From the IMG/VR virus record IMGVR_UViG_3300046092_000155, positions 1 to 36,398 of that record: a stretch of DNA of 36,398 nt; one strand, written 5' to 3'. Position 1 is the first letter of the stretch. Each line of letters begins with the position of its first letter. A program made the position numbers and the translations under genes. The notes under the pieces were generated by a model that had not been told where the DNA came from, did no database searches, and saw only the letters and a program-made list of their open reading frames with translations. Positions 33,855 through 36,398 of this stretch are shown here, in pieces. Source of the DNA: a virus (lineage: Duplodnaviria; Caudoviricetes).

Positions 33855-36398
33855 ATGCACCGTAATGCTTCCCGAAAACTAAGGGTAAATCTGGTAGATA
33901 AAGAGGCTGACGTGGTGGATAAATCGTATAGATCCACCTACTTTGTGGTGTCCGAATTAAATTCCACCTTTACAGCTGGAAAAAATTACTTCACTATAAA
34001 TGGATCTTCTTTATTGAAGAAGAACAGTCCCATTTCCATTGAGGTGTTAGATTCATCTGGTATAACCGTGTATTACGAAACTGGCCACGCTGGGTATTTA
34101 TCCAGATTGGATACTACGGATCTGATAATATCCGTCCATGTATTAGATGATACCGCCGAAGGTTTTGGTTCTCTTACTTTGATGGGCACAACACCGGATA
34201 ATAAATCCGTGAAGTGGACATCGACAATAAAAATAAACCCAACACTTGATAACGACAGCCGCGTCGTTTTTTTCAAAACCCCAACGTTAGAAATACAAGA
34301 ATTCCTGTCGTTCGTTTTAAACGAAACTTGGACAGCAGAAGTCCAACGTATTATAACCACATCCGGAAGCATAACCACTGTTGCTAATTTCCCAACGGCC
34401 TACACTGACATAAAATCGGTGGATTTCAGAAAATCGGATGTGGATTATCGTCTTAAATTGGTGACTCCCGTCGAATCATCTCTTGTACCATTCACCAAAC
34501 AGAATGGTGATACACCGATAGAGTTGTACATTCAACGCATTTCTTGCATTGACAATGGATCTCTCAGAACCATAGACGTCAATTTAACAGAATCCGTCTC
34601 TGTGAAATCGATTTTTAATGATAACGAAGTGGGATTGTCAGTTCCTATTGTATACAAAATAAATGGTGTATCACAAGTAGTTCCGATTGTAACGGGGAAT
34701 TATACACAGACTTTTAATGGAACTGCCTACATAACATCATCGGGACTTATTCCCAATGGAAATCCAGACGGTGTTGCTGACCCAGATGTCTTTTTGTCTA
34801 AACCAGTTGGCGCCACAACCGCATTTCTCAAAGAACCGTTTCTGGACATAACATATCGAAACCTGAAAACTCTCACCGGGAAGATACATAGACACAAGGT
34901 CTATAGGAGAAGTCTAAATAAAGCAGCCGACTTCGAGTGCGTCGCTGACGAACCGTTACTGGAAACCGAGACAATATTTGACACATCTACCGCAAACAGA
35001 ACATTTGCTGTGATTGGGGAATTCTTTAACCAAGATCACACGGATAGATACTATCACACGAGTTCCGTTGACATGAATTTGTTATACGATTCGTCGGTTG
35101 TGTTGAATTCCGCTACACTCACAACCGGAGATGAAAACGAAGACGGTTCAAAATACGTAATAATAAAAAACGACACGTCGCTTATAACGTATTCATCCTC
35201 ACGGGAAACATATGTGAATTACAACGAAGAGCAGGCTTTAATCAGAAGCGGTTCAGCGTATGATTCCAATTTTATAAAACTTTACAATGGATCCGATTAC
35301 TTAATGTCAGCTGATTTGGAACTTGTAAAATTAAATCCGGAAAAAGAAGCTAAGTTAGTGTTTTATCTTACGGGATCATTTAACACATCCTCACAACAGT
35401 CTTATTACGAAGAAGGAAATGGACTCAGGCTTCACGAATATGTTTTGCCAGCGGGTAAATCGGAGGGAACGTTTCGCGGCAAACACGATGGAAAAATTCT
35501 AAATTTTTCAAAAGACTGTTTGGGCACCATTAAAATTGTCCCAATAAACCTACGCTCCGCTAGAATGAGTAAACTCTCATTGAAGTCTTATGCTGAGTTC
35601 GGCTTTTCGCCAGATGTATTCTCCACTCGTATTATTTTTCCCGTCACAATAAAGAACGAACAGTTTGAAGTAAAATCGGAATTCTTTGATGTAAACAGCC
35701 GTTCTATATACAACGGACTTAGGGGTGTGGTAAATGTGGACGTTGACGGTGAAACGTTATTCAAAAACATAACCAATTATCTAATAACAGACTCGGAGAC
35801 TATACGTTCCGTAATATCGTCAGGTTCTCTCACCGTCTCTTCTTCTAGGTCGGAAGTCGGAAGTGGTTTTGAATCTGCTGCAAACCGAGCGGCCATAACG
35901 GCGGTAGAGAGTTTCGTTGTGATGAGTGGATCTGCTTTTGACAGTGATCCTTTCTTCGTAGCCGAACGTCAGTCTACATCCAACAAGACATATGTTAAGG
36001 TGAGTGGAAGTTTCAAACTAACTGGCTCTTTTTACATAAAGGGTACGGATGAACGGATGTATGGGACGGCTAGTCAAGCTGATAGTTCCAGTTACGCTCA
36101 CAAAGCAAGTAGTTCGTTGTCTTCAAGCGGAGCGAACAGCGCGATGTCATCCAGTTGGTCAATAAGTTCGAGTTATGCTTACGTCGCTAGTAGTTCATTG
36201 TCATCTAGTGGCGCCAATAGTTCACTGTCTTCGAGTTGGTCTATAAGTTCAAGTTATGCTTACAAAGCAAGCAGCTCTTTGTCATCAAGCGGAGCGGAAT
36301 CGGCTCTTTCATCGAGCCGGGCAATTAGTTCGAGCTACGCATTCAAAGCAAGCAGCTCTTTGTCATCAAGCGGAGCGGAATCGGCTCTTTCATCGAGC
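33855..36398 (+). CDS. Large virion/fibre protein, 3' truncated (848 codons in window), absent from ORF track
   Basis: ATG after TATTTATA; MHRNASRK...FTAGKNYFTINGSSLLK...IEVLDSSG; spot-checked frame is open and continues into Ser-rich repeats at the edge. Confidence 0.8.
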   Translation, partial: MHRNASRKLRVNLVDKEADVVDKSYRSTYFVVSELNSTFTAGKNYFTINGSSLLKKNSPISIEVLDSSGITVYYETGHAGYLSRLDTTDLIISVHVLDDTAEGFGSLTLMGTTPDNKSVKWTSTIKINPTLDNDSRVVFFKTPTLEIQEFLSFVLNETWTAEVQRIITTSGSITTVANFPTAYTDIKSVDFRKSDVDYRLKLVTPVESSLVPFTKQNGDTPIELYIQRISCIDNGSLRTIDVNLTESVSVKSIFNDNEVGLSVPIVYKINGVSQVVPIVTGNYTQTFNGTAYITSSGLIPNGNPDGVADPDVFLSKPVGATTAFLKEPFLDITYRNLKTLTGKIHRHKVYRRSLNKAADFECVADEPLLETETIFDTSTANRTFAVIGEFFNQDHTDRYYHTSSVDMNLLYDSSVVLNSATLTTGDENEDGSKYVIIKNDTSLITYSSSRETYVNYNEEQALIRSGSAYDSNFIKLYNGSDYLMSADLELVKLNPEKEAKLVFYLTGSFNTSSQQSYYEEGNGLRLHEYVLPAGKSEGTFRGKHDGKILNFSKDCLGTIKIVPINLRSARMSKLSLKSYAEFGFSPDVFSTRIIFPVTIKNEQFEVKSEFFDVNSRSIYNGLRGVVNVDVDGETLFKNITNYLITDSETIRSVISSGSLTVSSSRSEVGSGFESAANRAAITAVESFVVMSGSAFDSDPFFVAERQSTSNKTYVKVSGSFKLTGSFYIKGTDERMYGTASQADSSSYAHKASSSLSSSGANSAMSSSWSISSSYAYVASSSLSSSGANSSLSSSWSISSSYAYKASSSLSSSGAESALSSSRAISSSYAFKASSSLSSSGAESALSSS
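36084..36398 (+). repeat. 81-nt (27-aa) tandem coding repeat, about 3.9 copies
   Basis: SSSYAHKASSSLSSSGANSAMSSSWSI / SSSYAYVASSSLSSSGANSSLSSSWSI / SSSYAYKASSSLSSSGAESALSSSRAI / SSSYAFKASSSLSSSGAESALSSS. Confidence 0.92.

Noticed and set aside
1-36398. Genome-wide stop-codon reassignment (TGA or TAG)
   Set aside because: Coding density is near complete under the standard code, and TGA ends many genes in ATGA/GTGA overlaps (3725, 4321, 10892, 12432, 14464).
36084-36398. CRISPR array or DGR template/variable repeat
   Set aside because: Units are in-frame and spacerless with largely synonymous differences; no cas or reverse transcriptase gene is present.

Overview
A gene-dense, almost entirely plus-strand segment of a large tailed dsDNA phage genome, probably a myovirus (gp25-like and gp6/J-like baseplate genes). 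From left to right: the 3' end of phoH; two Ser-rich tail-collar fibre genes; a glycan/modification cluster (GT29 sialyltransferase-like, two divergent fucosyltransferase-fold paralogs, 2OG-Fe(II) oxygenase, degenerate dual-specificity phosphatase, radical SAM/SPASM, GT8-like); an HD hydrolase, membrane proteins and a sigma-like factor; a ~16 kb baseplate/virion module; RuvC-like resolvase, primase and an SbcD/SbcC (Mre11/Rad50) pair; and a large Ser-repeat virion gene that runs off the right edge. The most unusual signals are split genes. (1) The Mre11-type nuclease is cut between its last two catalytic motifs, each half carries a short extra tag, and a 30-codon relic resembling a Vsr/DUF559 endonuclease tail lies in the gap. 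(2) A DNRLRE-like virion protein appears as two alternative N-terminal genes plus one C-terminal gene. Also notable are a recurrent TA-NN-TA (often TATTTATA) motif a few nt before start codons, an Ig/SprB-like module shuffled between the two fibres, and an A11 tract with an open -1 frame. All family assignments come from motif recognition by eye; no searches were run. I found no tRNA, rRNA, CRISPR array, integrase or reverse transcriptase.
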